Shown: one piece after another, positions 1-12,500 of the stretch | How positions within the stretch are numbered: the first letter of the stretch is position 1 | How the letters are laid out: each line of letters opens with the position of its first letter | Assembly (NCBI RefSeq): GCF_025526975.1 | Contig: NW_026515690.1 | Span: forward strand, 248,001-312,000 | Source of the DNA: Fimicolochytrium jonesii | Lineage: Eukaryota | Reading direction: 5' to 3' | DNA: 64,000 nt | Position numbers and translations under genes: made by a program | The notes under the pieces: model-generated | Databases searched by the model: none | What the model saw: only the letters and a program-made list of their open reading frames with translations | What the model was told of the DNA's origin: nothing

Positions 1-844
1 TTCTCTAGGCGATACCGACGGCGCTTATACTCATACGGGCGGGGGTACCGAGGCCGTAAACAAAAGGAAACGCGGCTGCCGAATGTTTGTTCGAGTTACG
101 AGTTTCGAGTTGGCAGATGAAAAGAAAGGCATTGTTCTATAATGGATTTTCTGAAAAGAAGGTTGCAAGGTTTTCGGTGGACCCACGGTACCGGCACAAA
201 CAGCTTCAAGACGCTTTCGATTCTCGTAGCCAACTTCGAAGCGTGACATGCGAGGAGAAAGCACAACACAAGGCGGATGCTTCTGAAGGCTGCAACCGAG
301 AAAGTGGCAATTCCAGCTTATGTGTCAATGGTATATGGTTTACATTCCAGGAGAGTGTTTCTGCCAGTGCTCCCGTCAACAATCTACAAGCAACACAACC
401 ATGATACGCCAACTTTCCCCAACAGCGCCATCAGGAAGTAGGTATAATCTCCGAGGCTAAAAAGGAAACGCAGATGCTCTCGGATCAAGCTGCATCGAGC
501 TTCTGTGTGCAGCTATCCTGGTATGTTATAGAGATGAAAGGGAATCGAGCGGAGGAGCGGATGTGTCCCCCCTGAAATAAATCAGCGACCGCCGCGACGC
601 CAAATTCACGTGAGTGACCAATATTGATTCAATTACAGGGGGGCACAGCTTTTTGCGGGGTGACTGTACGCTTCCGCGGCAGGTTATTATTAATTGCGGG
701 GCCCGCCAGTTGTTTTCCACAGACAGTAGATTTAAAATACCTCCAGAGAATCGGCCTTCCTCGCCTTCTCAAATTCTCTACCCACCTGTGTTTTTCTCGA
801 CTATACTCTTGCACCCCAGCTCATAATTAGGTATTCCAGTCATA

Positions 845-2294
845 ATGGGGTCCGTTAAGCTAGATATCGAGCTTTTCCTCGCTCATAACCTAAAGACGAG
901 AGACTCGTCGAAAGAGGTGCCGGACTCCGACCCCCCCCCCCCCCCCCCCCCCTGACATATGCGCAATACGCTGATAAACACCTCCCCCGAACCGTCCAAA
1001 TCATCGCACTGATTCCACCGCCAACCCTATTGCGACGAATCCTTACCGCCTTTATCGAAATTAACTGCAGCGATGCGGGCCTTCCCCACACTGCTGACGC
1101 TGTCAAAGACATCCTTGCCCTTCCACTCGACCAATCCAAATACCTCGCCGCTCAGACTCGGTTTTTAGTGGACGATATCCGTATGGGCACCCACCGTGAC
1201 TTTAGTCCAGGGGAGTTTGTGCCTTATCAACCCGTCAAAGATGGCCCCTTTGGAAGAGGAGGATTTGGCACCGTTCTGACAAATTGTACTTTGACGACGG
1301 TGCCAAATCCTCCTCTTCCAGAGATCCATCTATCGTGTATGCGTGCAAGGAGCTACGCTTGGACTTGAAGGAGCAGACCGAAGGTGCATGGGGTTATGCA
1401 GCGGAGTTGGAGAATCTTGGTGGTCTAGACCATCCCCATCTCGTCAAGCTCAGATGCTCTTACACCCAAAACCACAAAGCCTATATCATTATGTCGCCCT
1501 ACGCCCCACTCACCTTGCTATCGTTCATGAAGAACCCCGACGCCTGCGCTTGGTACGTAGCGCAAACTTCGCCTCAACGCCGGGAGATGACCCTTGGTTG
1601 GATGTCTTGCATGTCATCAGCTTTAGTCTATCTCCACGATGCGGAAATGAAACACAAAGACATCAAACCTGACAATATTCTCATCGACTGCGACCACTGC
1701 CACCACGAAAACTACCCGTTACCCGTTCTTACCGACTTTGGCATCTCTAAGAAGTTCTCCCTCTCGCAGGGCAGTGATAGTAGAGGACAGTCTGGGACTT
1801 TCTTCTGGCAAGCCCCGGAACATATGCGGAGTGAGCCGGCGGGACGAGCTGCGGACGTGTTTGCGTTAGGCGGGATATTCTTGCTCTTGCTGGCTTTAGG
1901 ACATGGGAACACTACGGAGACGATCATTGCAGCATTGCGAGGGGAAACCATACCGGCATCGGGGTTTGCCGCAAAGCTTGACGAGTTCGTAGTGCCATAC
2001 ATCGATGACGTGTCGAAAACGTCGGATGATAGCAAATCTGCGTGGTATCTTGTAAAAGAGATGCTTGCGTCGACGCCCTCCGAGAGGCCTACTGCAAGAA
2101 ATGTTTGGACGGCGTTGAAAGGGATCATGGAAGAGTCGGGATTTAGACCGCACTGTTCTGCTTTGCCGCGTACGCCCAAAACTTCGCACGAATCCCCTGA
2201 GAGATCCGTTGGCGGTGACGATATACTGGATACCACTACAGTGCTGGCAAGGCTTAAGCTGGAGAGGCAAAGTAGTAACACAAAGTCTTGGTAG
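845..2294 (+). pseudogene. Ser/Thr protein kinase with two apparent frameshifts (pseudogene or assembly errors)
   Basis: G-loop GRGGFGTV (~1252-1275) is in ORF 1030-1368. ACK, HKDIKPDN, DFG, APE and DVFALG are in ORF 1284-2294. Removing 2 nt (CT at 1276-1277) gives GTVDKLY. ATG 845 (MGSVKLDI..) joins the N-terminal frame only by a shift in the C22 run at 931-952. Confidence 0.75.
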
Positions 2295-2432
2295 AGGGCA
2301 GGAAGACGGATTTTCTAATTGTTTATAATTGAAACGCTTGCGTTCCGGAAACTTTTGTCAGGGTACTGTGTATGCTTGTTTGCATCTGTTTGGCAAGCCC
2401 CTATGGCGGATGGCAGCTCGGAGGAGGGCAAA

Positions 2433-2711
2433 TCACTTTCTTAATAGCCTTGAGAATCGCCAAATCCTCGCCAACATCGCCACAATCATTAGCGCAAGAG
2501 CCCCCCGCACCTCCATGAGATCCTTCAAATCGACGGGATGGCTGTCGCTTTCAACGAAGCGAGCCTGCATCAAGGTCGTGTACAAATGCTTTTCCTCATC
2601 GATCAGCTGTTCCGCCAAGTATGTGTCCAATGTGGGTAGAACTGTGCATCTCTCGGCGTAGGCGATGAGCCTGGAGGGCAGACCGGTGATGTTGCGCGTA
2701 TCAAGTGACAT
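2433..2711 (-). CDS. small hypothetical protein (92 aa) with hydrophobic C-terminal segment
   Basis: ATG at 2711 (MSLDTRNITG...GALALMIVAMLARIW). Protein-like composition, but no family recognised. Confidence 0.3.
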   Translation of the reverse strand: MSLDTRNITGLPSRLIAYAERCTVLPTLDTYLAEQLIDEEKHLYTTLMQARFVESDSHPVDLKDLMEVRGALALMIVAMLARIWRFSRLLRK

Positions 2712-3052
2712 TGTTGTTTCTCCGACCGAGGACCCTAGTGACAACGCGAGGCAGGTTTGGCGAGTTTGTGGGCAGGGTGATCCTGAGGGGGTGTGTAGTT
2801 CTGATGGCCGACCGGAAAGGCGCCGTCAGGTTCTACTCTCAAAGTGGGACCTTGTTGGTCGGGCCGTATTTGGGAAGGGTGTTGTGCTATGAACCGGTGT
2901 GTCCTTTGCGGCGAGGAGGTGCAAAGGAAGACGAATGCTTCCTTTGGTGACCGGATTATAATCCGCTAGTAGACACATGGTGGTGGTGGTTGTCGGGACG
3001 GCTTTCCAGAATGAGGTTTAAGAGCAGTCAGTACTTATGGGAAAGTAGGAAT

Positions 3053-3919
3053 TCAACGGTCAAGGTTCACTTCTTGTTCCCGCGGGTTCACACCATCGTT
3101 AATGTTAGGCGAGAAACGTGCCTTCATTCCGGGCTCCTGTGGCTCCACCACGTCGACTCCGTCCTCGTCCACGTAGTCGAAATTCAGGCCCCAGTAAAGG
3201 GCAATCGCAATCGCCAAATGGCGTTCCGCCTTCAGGAGCGTCGCAGGGATGTGGAGGATGTCGTTCTCTATGGTCACCTCCTTGTGAATTGTGCCAGATA
3301 GGGTTTCAAGCCAACAAATGGTTCAGCTTTTGGGTGGTGGTTCCCAAGTTGACGCCTAGACATGATGGGGGACGGGCCCCGCCCTTTGAGTGCCTATCGT
3401 CAACCTCCCTCGCTAGGCGCTCTGAATGCGGGAATGATTTGAGAAAGAATGGACGCAAGTAACGTGAAATGGATTTTAGGGATTCTTACCAAGGAGCGCC
3501 CGGCAACTGGAGATTGCCAGCTTGAATCTCATCCTGGCGGCCTTGGTCTGCCATTCAGCCTTCTCCGCATCATGCTGCTGCTTCAGCACGGCCATTTCCT
3601 TCAGGAGAACATCCATCTTGGCCGACTTCTCGGTGGCAAACTTGTCTTGCAAGGCCAGTATGTGGTCATTGTGGGCCGATAGCAATCCAGGCCATCGCGC
3701 AAAGGGAGTTTGTTTCGCTCGCCCACTTCTTGAACCAATTCTTTGAACGACGACATTTTCAATGACGAACCTGGCGAGCGCTAACCAAATCGATTGTGAT
3801 TTGGCCGAGAATCGAATACGCCTTTGTTCCACCGCGCGAAGATGCGAAAGAGGTTCCAAATGAAGTGTCGTCGGGAAGCTCCAGTAAACATCGCCGGCCC
3901 AAAGCACTGAGAAGAGCAT
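3053..3919 (-). pseudogene. degenerate spliced gene encoding a coiled-coil-containing hypothetical protein
   Basis: Coiled-coil-like exon (LALQDKFATEKS...CRALL) and a canonical intron 3489-3422 (GTAAGA...CAG) that restores LLERLARE. Then TGA at 3308-3306 and a protein-like continuation in another frame (TLSGTIHKEVTIENDILHIP...). 5' end uncertain. Confidence 0.4.
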
Positions 3920-4141
3920 CTTCCGCTTGCTTCAAGTAGCAGCCGCTGTGCGAGCAGGCCATGATGATATCGACCAACCCGAGATCCGGCATGCGTCTCT
4001 GATTGACTACAAAGCGACGGCAGTCGTCTATTCCAACATTTCGAGGGGAGCAATTCCTCTCGCTAACCTCGTCTGTCTCTACCCACTGCTTCGCCCCCAT
4101 GACTACACTTGCGAGCACCCGCGAAACGGTTGCGAAGGAAC

Positions 4142-4405
4142 TCTCAGCCTCGATCTGCCCGGAATACAACAACATAATCGCGTTAGTGAGAGATATTAGA
4201 ATCCGGTGCCCTCGAGCGCTCTCCGTCCGTCCGACGGACCGGCCAAACACCTCCGGCAGCACGCGTGGGGCCGATGCTATTAGGGCTAATTCATCAATTG
4301 AAATCCCGGTACTTTTGCGCTCTTGCGGGCGGGAGCCAATGAGCTATGTTTTGACTGTTGGATTGGCAATCGTGCTATTGCATTCAGGGCGGATCGAGGC
4401 TGAGA
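4142..4405. repeat. imperfect ~40-bp inverted repeat (arms ~4142-4181 and ~4366-4405)
   Basis: tctcagcctcgatctgcccggaatacaacaacataatcgc matches the reverse complement of the right arm, tctcagcctcgatccgccctgaatgcaatagcacgattgc. Confidence 0.7.
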
Positions 4406-5043
4406 AGCGGTGCGCCCTTTCCTGTGCTGTACATGTACACCGGTGCCATGTTCTGCTGTCGCCGCAGTTGGAAAGCATTCTGCAACCGTCGGAGCCACAA
4501 GTGCGCACACAGTGCGTCTTCCCAAAAAGCTTATCAAGTCGAAACCGCCACCATTATGTAAGCGTGCTTCACGCTACCTCCTGGCAAAACTTGGAAGTCC
4601 CTTTGCAGAATTCCGCTTACCCTATCATCCTTCAGTTCGCCGCGAGTCCCGATGCAGCCCGATGCCGGTCGTGCAGGATATGTTGTGCGGGAGACACTTT
4701 TCGTACGGACTTCCGGGCGGCCGCGGTCGAGACTGGTCGAGAGCGCCAATTTTCGAGTCACACAGACAGACAGACGAACGGGAGGCCGCAGCGGGATTAT
4801 CCACGTTTTTACTCACAGACCTACTGTGTGTACCAGGAGATATGAGTATACAGGAAGTTAGTAGATTCATTCCCCTTCTACGGACGGAGTTATCCAAAGC
4901 CACTGCTTCCTTTCGTGTCCGAGACGGCTAAGCTTGCGAGGAACACTGATAATGCAGTCGGGCAAGGACGGCTTCCTTGCAGAAGCCCCTTGGCTCTCGG
5001 TTAGTTCCTCTGTTGTTGTCCTCTGTTGTTGCACGACGCTCAC

Positions 5044-7895
5044 ATGTTCCTTCGGCAGACGGAGATGTCATCTATGAGCCGTGAAAACTGCGTAGGACAC
5101 GGCATGCCTCGCTCCTATTCTGGCACTTCAGCAAGCCGGGGTAGAGAAGCAGGATTCGGCATGTCAAGTCGGAGCTTTCGATTCTCCACCAGCAGGACAG
5201 CACGGACACCCAATGCGATGAAGTCTATCCAACATTACTTCAATCCTTCCTTCGCAGATGAGGAGGTAGAGGATAAATACCTACAGCAGGTGCGTCCATC
5301 CGTTTGACTGTCGTTCTCGAGTTTTTCGGGTACGTTTTTCTGAATAAAGTCAAAAGATGTGGTTCTATCGCAAGAAGCAGATGCAGATGGCCGCTATATT
5401 TATGTTGATCACATGGGTGCTCGTGGTTATTTGTCTACCTCGTCCCTGGGGCATCTACGAAAGTTGGACCATCTTTGGCGTCATCGGGCCTTTCTCCATC
5501 GCCATCCCTATTCTCGCTACCTTGAATTATCCCATGCGCCATCACTTTCTGTGGCAAATATCCTTGATCGGTGCCATATGGAGTACGCCCATCTCCTTTT
5601 TGTATCAAATGTATGACTGTGGTTGGTACACCAGGCCTTCGCTCGGCGGTTTTGGAGGCGGCGCTTGTGGGAACAGAGACTTTGCATCTCTGCTTTTCTA
5701 TGCAGCCGCATATCCCGTTCTCGGTCTCTTCGTCATGAGGCAAACGAGATTATGGGCTCTTGTCTCTTCTACGGCCTTCTGCGCGCTTCTCGCAGTGTTT
5801 GTTCTCCCACGAAGAATCAGTTGGATACGGAACTTTCTCGTATTTGCTACGTTCAGCTTGTTGAGCAATCTTTTGAGCTACACACAAGAAATGGTGCGTT
5901 GAGCTCATTCACATTTGTGTCGTAGATGTCGATTTCATTCTTCTTTTTTACTCAGGCTGACAGGAAAACTTTTCTTATCGGTGAACAATTGAAAGTACAA
6001 ATCCGCGCTACGGAAAGGGCACAACATCTCGAACGCGAAGCCGCGGCCAGCAAAAAACGCTTTATAGCATATATCTTCCACGAAGTTCGCGTCCCACTGA
6101 ACACTGCATTGCTCGCCGTTCAAGCGCTAGCCGGAGAGGGTGTGTTCAATAACTGCGACAGCAGCCAAAAGGAAATTGTCGAAGCGCTGTCGGGGGGTTT
6201 GGGAATGATGGGGACAGTCTTGAATGATGTCCTTGATTTCAATCGCATGGAGGAAGGAAAATTCGTATGCGCCAACGATCCGCTCGACTTCCACGCTGTG
6301 ATTCGGTCGCTTTTGGTCTCGGCTCGTGCGTTGGCAGCAAACAAAGGCATCGAGCTTCAGATGGATCTGGATGAACAGATAGACAGAGTATCTGAGCGTA
6401 AGATCATGACAGGCGATCCAATGCGGTTGCGTCAAGTGATGTCCAATTTGATTTCGAACGCTTGCAAGTTTACCTCGGAAGGCACAATTAAAGTGTCCAC
6501 CCGGCTCATACGTCCTACCGATGGGGAATTTCTCGTTGTTCCCTCGGATCAAGGCAAAACGCGGACGATGGCAAAAAGCGGTGACCAATGTATGGACATT
6601 CACGTCATCGACATACAATGTCCAGAACCGTCACACGACCCGAATGTTGCCCTCATTCGTAAGTGGCTTGTTTTCTACCTTGTCACTTCTCGGTCGCACC
6701 CTCAACATCTTTTTGGTTTAGGCATAGAAGTCGAAGACTCGGGAATTGGAATTCACCCTTCCGACCTGCTGGAGAATCGACTTTTCTCTCCTTACGTACA
6801 AACCGATGAAGGGCGCCGACAAGGTGGAAAGGGCACGGGACTGGGACTGGCCATTGTCCGGCATATTGTGCAATTATCTGGCGGGAGAGTGGGTGTGCGC
6901 AGCAAACCGGGTGTCGGTAGCACATTCTGGATCGAACTGCCATTCGCATTACAGAACAGAGAGGATGTCTCAGAGGATTTTTCAAAGGAGCGTCAGGACA
7001 TGATGACGCCCGTCAGCGTGCGATCGTCTACCAATTCGATGCCTGAGCCATATCTACCTGCCTTGGCTGGGATGAATAGGCGTGCGGACTCGGATGTCGA
7101 GACGGATACCAGTGATATACATGACGATAGAACCCCAGAAGAGGCAACTGGCCGGGTACGAAATGCGCAACATGACCGACCGAGACCCGGAGTCAGTGCA
7201 GTCGCCGAAGCAAAAAACATGGCGAAAACACAAGTAGTCCCGCAGGATCAGCCACCAGGACGGCCATTACCATTGCAAACGAGCGACAGCACCCTGTCAG
7301 GAGGCGCCAGTACCTCTCGAGACTGTCCAGGATCGCACCCGCCAATGTCCATCCCAATCCCACCCGCCTCTATTCAACTCCTATACCCAACCCCGCCAAT
7401 CTCGGTTACGCCAACGTTAGCAATCAGCCGCCAGACACTCAGCATTCTTGTCGTGGACGACGACAAAATCACCCGTCTCCTCATGTCACGGATACTGAGC
7501 CGTCTAGGCCACAAAGTAACTTCGGCATCGGACGGGAGCATGGCGCTGTCCCTCATGAAGGAGAGCACGTATGATTTGCTTTTTTTGGACAATCAGATGC
7601 CTGTGATGACTGGTATCGAGTGCATTCAGCGGATACGGGAAGAAGGGAATAGTGTGTGGGCATGTGGGGTAACGGGGAACGCGATGAAAGAGGATCAGAA
7701 TGAGTTCAAGGACGCCGGCGTTGATCGGTTGGTATTGTTCCGCTCATTTTCGCTTGCTTCATTTGTTATTTATCCATCATTTTGTTTATCTTTCCTGTCA
7801 GGGTCTTGACAAAGCCGGTCGCCGAATCGGACCTCAAAGTCGTAATTGCCCTGGTACTTGAACAACGAGAGCGGTCCAACGGGCGACATCGATAA
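5044..7895 (+). CDS. membrane-bound hybrid histidine kinase (multi-TM sensor, HisKA, HATPase_c, receiver)
   Basis: Exons 5044-5289, 5357-5893, 5956-6658, 6722-7727, 7802-7895, all GT-AG; the start ATG is uncertain. H-box IFHEVRVPLN, N-box QVMSNLISNACKFT, G1 VEDSGIGI, G2 GTGLGLAI, receiver LVVDD..FLDNQMP..LTKP. Exon 2 is strongly hydrophobic. Confidence 0.93.
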
Positions 7896-8507
7896 CAGCC
7901 CAAGTCCTACGAATCGACCAAGTTCGTCGGAATGCGTGACTTTCTGTCTGTACCTACGTTCTTTTGTGCAGAGTACTCGGGGCTGGTACCCGATCATGTC
8001 CCCGGACTGTAAGTCCCTTAGATTTTGGGTAGGGATATAATTAGAAGCTTGTTCTGGGTCTTTGGGCCTTTTTTTGGGAGGAAAGTTATATTGTTTCCCA
8101 GCGGCGTACCGGTGGGTTGAATAAACATGGCGGCATACGTTTGCTGCGGACGGTCTACCGCAGACGACAACGGTTTCTCGAGTTGTGCACTACATGCACC
8201 TACGACTTTATCCAGTTGCATTCGGAGAGTAGCCTCATCGCTGGAGGCTGCAGAGGCCGTTGGTGGTCGATTGGACTAACGGGAAGGCTGTTGTTGGCCG
8301 GCCGTTGGAGAATGTGAAGGCATTGATTGGTGGTGAAGTGTGAAACTCTGAACATTCAAGTTCGAACGGCAACGTTGTCAAACGAGTGCAAGGATGGAGC
8401 AAAGCAGAGTCGCATTTTTACGGAGTCTAATCTGCGGGAGCCATCTATGTACAAAGCTAAATGTGCAATGCTAGCAAGACGAGTGAGCACTCCGATGCTC
8501 TCTCCGC

Positions 8508-8873
8508 TCACCCCACATACGGCGGCAAGGCCTCCCCACTCGCTTCCCCCCTCGCCCTCGCCGGCTCCTCCACCAAATACACATAACAAGGCCCCTTATA
8601 GTCCTTTGTCTTAAGCGCATAGGTGCTAGTCAAAACAGCCCCATTCCGCTCAAAGAATCCGAGCAAATCCATGATCTTGGGGGACTCGTATGGTTGGTAG
8701 CTTTGCGGTCTGTCGCCTCTAACGAGCAGGCGGTGCCAGCCGGTCCGGATCTGGCAGGACAGGGTGGGCTCCTGGACGGTCCAGGCGGGCGGGAGGAAAG
8801 TGAGCATGTGTGGTGCGCAACGGATGAAGACGAGTTCTTGGTTATGGTGTTCAAGGATTTGGATGTAGGGCAT
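8508..8873 (-). CDS. hypothetical protein (121 aa)
   Basis: ATG at 8873 (MPYIQILEHHNQELVFIRC...LPPYVG). Globular-looking composition; no family recognised. Confidence 0.55.
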   Translation of the reverse strand: MPYIQILEHHNQELVFIRCAPHMLTFLPPAWTVQEPTLSCQIRTGWHRLLVRGDRPQSYQPYESPKIMDLLGFFERNGAVLTSTYALKTKDYKGPCYVYLVEEPARARGEASGEALPPYVG

Positions 8874-9570
8874 TGTGATGTGAGGAAGATTTCCAGGCAG
8901 AATGCGGTTGAAGTAGAGCGGACGAAGACGGACGTCGTAGCACGATCGGTTTTGAAACCTGTAAATGAGGAGAGAACACAACCGACTCGGAGTTAGCGAG
9001 GTGACCGGAAATCAACTACTGTACAGTACCAGTATAGTAGCCCTGGAAATGTTCGATCGTGCCGGTCATGCAGCCGCTTGCGGTCAAGCCTCGAATTTTT
9101 GCCTCTGGACAAAGATCCCGGCGTGCTGTCAACCACCGTTCACGACCTGTCAGAAACCTCTCTGACATTTTTACCTATTGACAGTTTGCGCGCTGTCGAT
9201 CGACATCAGAACCAGCCAACTATAACTGCTGTCCGGAAGAGGAATTTGCTGTCTCTGCAGCTTTGAGTGAAACAATCGATCTTTCGACTAGTAGGATGTA
9301 GCCTCACCATCCTTTCAAATTTACGAGGATGCTAGCAGTATGCTGGGCCGATGGGCCCGTTTTTGTGGGTATTATTTGCAAAGTGTATGCTATGTGTACT
9401 GAATTATGAAAGAACACGAGAAGTGTCTCCGCTCTGATGCCAAAAATGTCAAACGCTATCCCTAATCTACCTATGCGCAAGCTACCCCTAAAAACTACCT
9501 AAGTACGATTTCGGGCGCACCCAATTACCAAAAGAAGGTATCAGTACAAAAGCATGTCCCCAACACGTCT

Positions 9571-12500
9571 CTAATACTCTATCATCCCAGTGTCTTCGTA
9601 CAGCGGGTTCTCATGCATGCCTTCCGGGGCGGTATAGAGTGGATTCACATAGTTGAACGCCCGGTCCCGCGTCTGGTGCTGCAGTGCGGCCCGTTCACGC
9701 AATTGGGCTCCGCGACGACGGCGGCCGACGAAAACCGCGGCCGAAACGGCTCCTAATGCCGCGATCCCGCCACCTATGCTAGCAGCTGCGGCGGTGGTGG
9801 ACGAGGAGCCGGTGCCAGTGCCGCTGGGTGTAGCGGTGACTGTTGTCGTTGTGGTGGACGTGCTGGTTTCCGTGGTGGTTTTCGTGCGAGTGGTGGTTTC
9901 GGTGGTGGTGGATGTGCTAGTGTCGGTTTTGGTGCGGGTGGTGGTGGCCGTGGTGGTGCTGAACGAGGTCACCGTGGCCGGGGATACCGAGACCGTCGTG
10001 GTCTTCACCTGCGTCTCCGTCACAAAGGCTGTCTGATGCTGGGTGACTGTCTCTGGCGCTGCCGTAGAAACCACTGTCGTTGTTTCGGTCGTAGTTTGCG
10101 TTACGGTGGCCTTGGCGGCAGTTGTGGTGGAAACTACGGTCTCCCGCTCGGTAGCTGTGCTGGTAATGTACGAAGTTGATGCCGATTCGGTGACTGTCAT
10201 CCAAGAAACCGGGGCATGTTCAGTTACGGTTTCCGTGGCCGTGGTCGTGGCCGTCGTTGTTGTAGCGGGTGCTGCGGTGGACTGAGTTACAGTCACCGTC
10301 TGGGTCTGCGTACTAGCTGACGCAGTAACCGTTACCGTCTCGGTTTGAGTCGCCGCAGAGGCCGTAACCGTCACCGTCTGAGTCTGCGTACTAGCAGATG
10401 CAGTAACCGTCACCGTCTCGGTTTGAGTAGCCGCAGAGGCCGTAGTCGTCTCCGTCACGGTAGAAACACTTCCAGTCTGAGTTGTCGTCGCGGTAGTGGT
10501 CGCAGTCTCCGTGTCGATCTCGGTGGAGATCGCAGTTGTGGTGCTTGTAACCGTGCTCGCAGCCCCGACGCTGACAGACGTGACCGTCGAGTAGCTCGTG
10601 TAGTAAAAGTTATCCACTTCAGTCGAGACAGCCGTGGTGGTGGCTGTAGCGGTGACCGTTTTTCCCTCCGCAGTGGTGGTCGCTGTCTCCGTGTCGATTT
10701 CAGTTGAGACCTCGGTCGTGGTGCTCGTAACAGTGCTAGCGGGACGCACGCTGACAGACGTGACCGTCGAGTAGCTCGTGTAGTAAACGTTATCCACCTC
10801 AGTCGAGACAGCCGTGGTGGTGGCTGTAGCGGTGACCGTTTTTCCCTCCGCAGTGATGGTCGCTGTCTCCGTGTCGACTTCAGTCGAGACCTCGGTCGTG
10901 GTGCTCGTAACCGTGCTAGCGGGACGCACGCTGATGGACGTGAGGGTTGAATAGCTTGTGTAGTAGAAGTTATCCACCTCGGTCGAGACAGTCGTGGTGG
11001 TCGACAGAGCCGTAGTTGTTTCAGTTTCGGTGGCCGTCTGAGTTTGTATCGATGTCTGCGTCTGGGTCTGAGTAGCCGTACTAGTCGCCGTCGCGGTGGC
11101 CGTCTGAGTTTGAATCGATGTCTGCGTCTGCGTCTGAGTTGCCGTGGCCGTCTCAGTGAAACTTCTTGTTTGGGTATCAGTGGCAGTCGTCGTCTGCGTA
11201 TTCGTCGTGGTCGACAAGGAGACAATTGTGACCGCAGCTTCCGTTGTCGTCACGGTTTGACTCAATGTATTGGTTTTGGTGCTGACCACACTCGAGGTGA
11301 CGGTAGCCGTATCCGTCTTGGTGCTTAGCACGCTGGAAATCACGGTAGCCGTATCGGTCTTCGTGCTAAGCACGCTAGAAATCAGAGTGCTGGTGGCCGT
11401 GGCCGTGGCCGTAGTGGTCTGGGTTTCCGTGTTGGTCTGTGTGGCCGTCGCCGTGGCCGTTCGGGTGCTGTAGATACTAGAGGTGACAGTGGCCGTATCA
11501 GTCTTGGTGCTGAGCACACTTAGAGTGCTGGTCGCCGTGGCCGTCGTCGTGGTGGTCTGGGTACTCAGAACGCTGGTGGTTGACACAACTGTCGTCCCGG
11601 GCGCAGTCGAAACAGTTGTAACGGTAGAAGTAGATGCAGGCTGTGTTGTCGTAGTGGTTGTGGTCAACGCAGGCTGTGTTGTTACGACCGTTTTAGTACT
11701 AAGAACGCTCGAGATCAGAGTACTGGTGGCCGTGGCCGTGGCCGTGGCCGTGGTGGTCTGAGTACTCAGAACGCTGGAGGTTGATGTCACTGTCGTCCCG
11801 GGCGCAGTCGAAACACTTGTAACGGTAGACGTAGATGCAGGCTGAGTTGCCGTGGTGGTCGTGGTCGAAGCTGGTTGCGTCGTTACAACCGTCTGAGTAC
11901 TCAGGACGCTCGAGGTTGACACCACGGTCGTCCCAGGCGCAGTCGAGACAACGGTGGACGTCTGAGTGGCAGTGGACGTGGCCGTGGCAGTAGAAATGGC
12001 CGTGGCGGTAGTAGTCGTCGTGGTTCCGGCAAGCGTGGAAGTCACCGTTGCCGTACCTTTTACTAGCACACTCGCAGTCGAAACGCTCGTAACGGTAGAA
12101 GTAGATGTCGCCGTTGCCGTAGATGTTGAAGTGGCGGTCGCTGTGGTGGTTTTAGTAGTTCCGGCAAGCGTGGAAACCACAGTCGTCCCTGGAGCTGTGG
12201 AGACACTGGTAACCGTAGACATTTGGGTAGCTGTGGAAATGCTCGTGATGCGGGAAGTTGATACCGAAAGTACTGTACTAAGCGACGTCGCAGTAGTTGT
12301 GGCTGTCGCAGTGGAGATCGTAGTAGAAACCGCCGTTGTGGTCGAAGTGGCAGTAGAAGTAGCCGTGGCAGTTGTGACGCTTGTGATGCGGGAAGTTGAT
12401 ACTGAAACTACTGTGCTCAGGGAGGTCGCAGTAGCCGTTGCTGTAGAAATTTTAGTAGAAATCGCCGTCGCTGTAGTGGTCGAAGTGGCCGTGGCTGTTG

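Noticed and set aside
4003..4931. Long overlapping ORFs (280 and 173 aa)
   Set aside because: No motifs or protein-like composition; expected by chance at this GC content.
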